Below, piece by piece: positions 34,925 through 35,521 of a stretch of 35,521 bases of DNA. Within the stretch, counting starts at the first letter, position 1; the number at the start of each line of letters is the position of its first letter. The notes beneath the pieces are model-generated. The model searched no databases and was not told the origin of the DNA. It was given only the letters and a program-made list of their open reading frames with translations. The position numbers were made by a program, and so were the translations under genes. Source of the stretch: Octopus bimaculoides (Eukaryota); the NCBI RefSeq assembly GCF_001194135.2, contig NC_068994.1, positions 36,896,111 through 36,931,631 of the forward strand. Reading direction: 5' to 3'.

Positions 34925-35070
34925 ATTTCAAATTTTGGCTTAAGGCCGACAGTTTCAAAGTGGAGTTAAATTGATTACATTGACCCCGGTCCTCAACTGT
35001 TATTTATTTTATTGACCCCAAAAGGAAGAAAAGCGAAGTGGACCTCAGTGGAATTTGAACTCAGAACATG
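34925..35070 (-). mobile_element. SINE family B, partial
   Basis: tttcaaattttggc..ttgattacattgacccc..ggaatttgaactcagaac. Confidence 0.78.
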
Positions 35071-35479
35071 AATAATGATGATGGTGATTATGATTATGAT
35101 GATGGCAGTGATGCAGTAGTAGTAGTAGTAGTAGTAGTAGTATCTAATACAAGTTGAGATGAGTCAAAATACAAACAGGTAAATGAAGATATAAAAAAAG
35201 AAAGAAAGAAATATAGGAATTGTGCACTATTTCATAGGATTGACAGTGCACTTAGTTGATGTTACTTCTTGAATAGAACAATAGGGTATGAGAGTAGCTG
35301 TATACCTGGGTGTGTCTTTTTTGTGATGGTTAATATCATAATATTGAAGTGGAAAGTGATCATCAGAAAAATTCTTCGTCTTCATTTTCTCAAAGGTACA
35401 CTACCATGCCAAGAATATATATATATACATACACACACATGCACATGAACACACACACACACACGTGTGTGTGTGTGCG

Positions 35480-35521
<42 letters not shown>

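Overview
AT-rich, microsatellite-dense eukaryotic DNA from a gapped short-read assembly, with nine N-gaps and one Illumina adapter remnant. The repeat families look like those of Octopus, but that is inferred from recall, not from a search. No complete protein-coding gene, tRNA/rRNA gene, CRISPR array or prokaryotic system is supportable, and essentially all ORFs in the supplied track come from microsatellites, SINEs or N-gaps. What is supportable is a dense transposon landscape. It includes a stop-free RTE-type reverse transcriptase fragment (YADD) at the left edge and several RTE 3' ends. There are two different R4/Dong-type retrotransposon 3' fragments next to (TAA)n tracts, at least four tRNA-derived SINE families with shuffled modules, a mariner-type MITE, a young MITE with 100-bp TIRs, and an unexplained palindromic element. 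Several short exon candidates with canonical splice signals suggest the window may be mostly intron of an unidentified minus-strand gene; this is tentative. I do not see convincing evidence for a wholly new biological system. SINE family letters (A, B, D, E, G) are my own labels, and repeat boundaries are read by eye to within about 10 bp.
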